This document shows positions 50,664 to 64,000 of a stretch of 64,000 nucleotides of DNA, piece by piece. Each line of letters starts with the position of its first letter. Position 1 is the stretch's first letter. Source of the stretch: Chrysemys picta bellii (lineage: Eukaryota); NCBI RefSeq assembly GCF_011386835.1, contig NC_088807.1:25296001-25360000 (forward strand). The letters are read 5' to 3'. The position numbers and the translations under genes are program-made. The notes under the pieces were generated by a model, which had not been told where the DNA came from, did not search any database, and saw nothing but the letters and a program-made list of their open reading frames with translations.

Positions 50664-63922
<13,259 letters not shown>

Positions 63923-64000
63923 CGCCGGCCCCCTCCTCCGGACCGGACGGCTGACGTGATGGCGCCCTGACTGGTGGGGGGGGGGGCAGGGGGTGTAGCT

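Overview
Vertebrate genomic DNA that is very GC-rich, VNTR-laden and microchromosome-like. It is most likely a turtle; this is inferred from the CR1/MITE repeat content and the reptile-type proteins, not proven. The window is three contigs joined by two 500-N scaffold gaps (5962-6461, 48981-49480). Genes: TFE3 (+, partial, cut by gap 1), SYP (+, exons 3-6 plus a probable 3'UTR exon), TREX2 (-, single coding exon), EMD/emerin (+, complete, 7 coding exons), and two near-identical head-to-head KDM5C copies (34831-48920 minus, 50664-63922 plus) on either side of gap 2. Intergenic and intronic space holds decayed CR1 LINEs, a hAT-type MITE and many G-rich tandem repeats. There are no prokaryotic features, CRISPR arrays or structural RNA genes. 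Best leads: (1) an old in-frame tandem exon duplication in emerin; (2) recurrent 'echo' duplications of exon-intron junctions that create extra splice sites in EMD and KDM5C; (3) the inverted KDM5C pair, most probably two haplotypes falsely scaffolded, though a real palindrome is not excluded; (4) a TREX2 lacking the arginine-rich DNA-binding loop; (5) genes of human Xp11 and Xq28 interleaved on one gap-free contig. All coordinates and counts were done by hand and may be off by a few bases.
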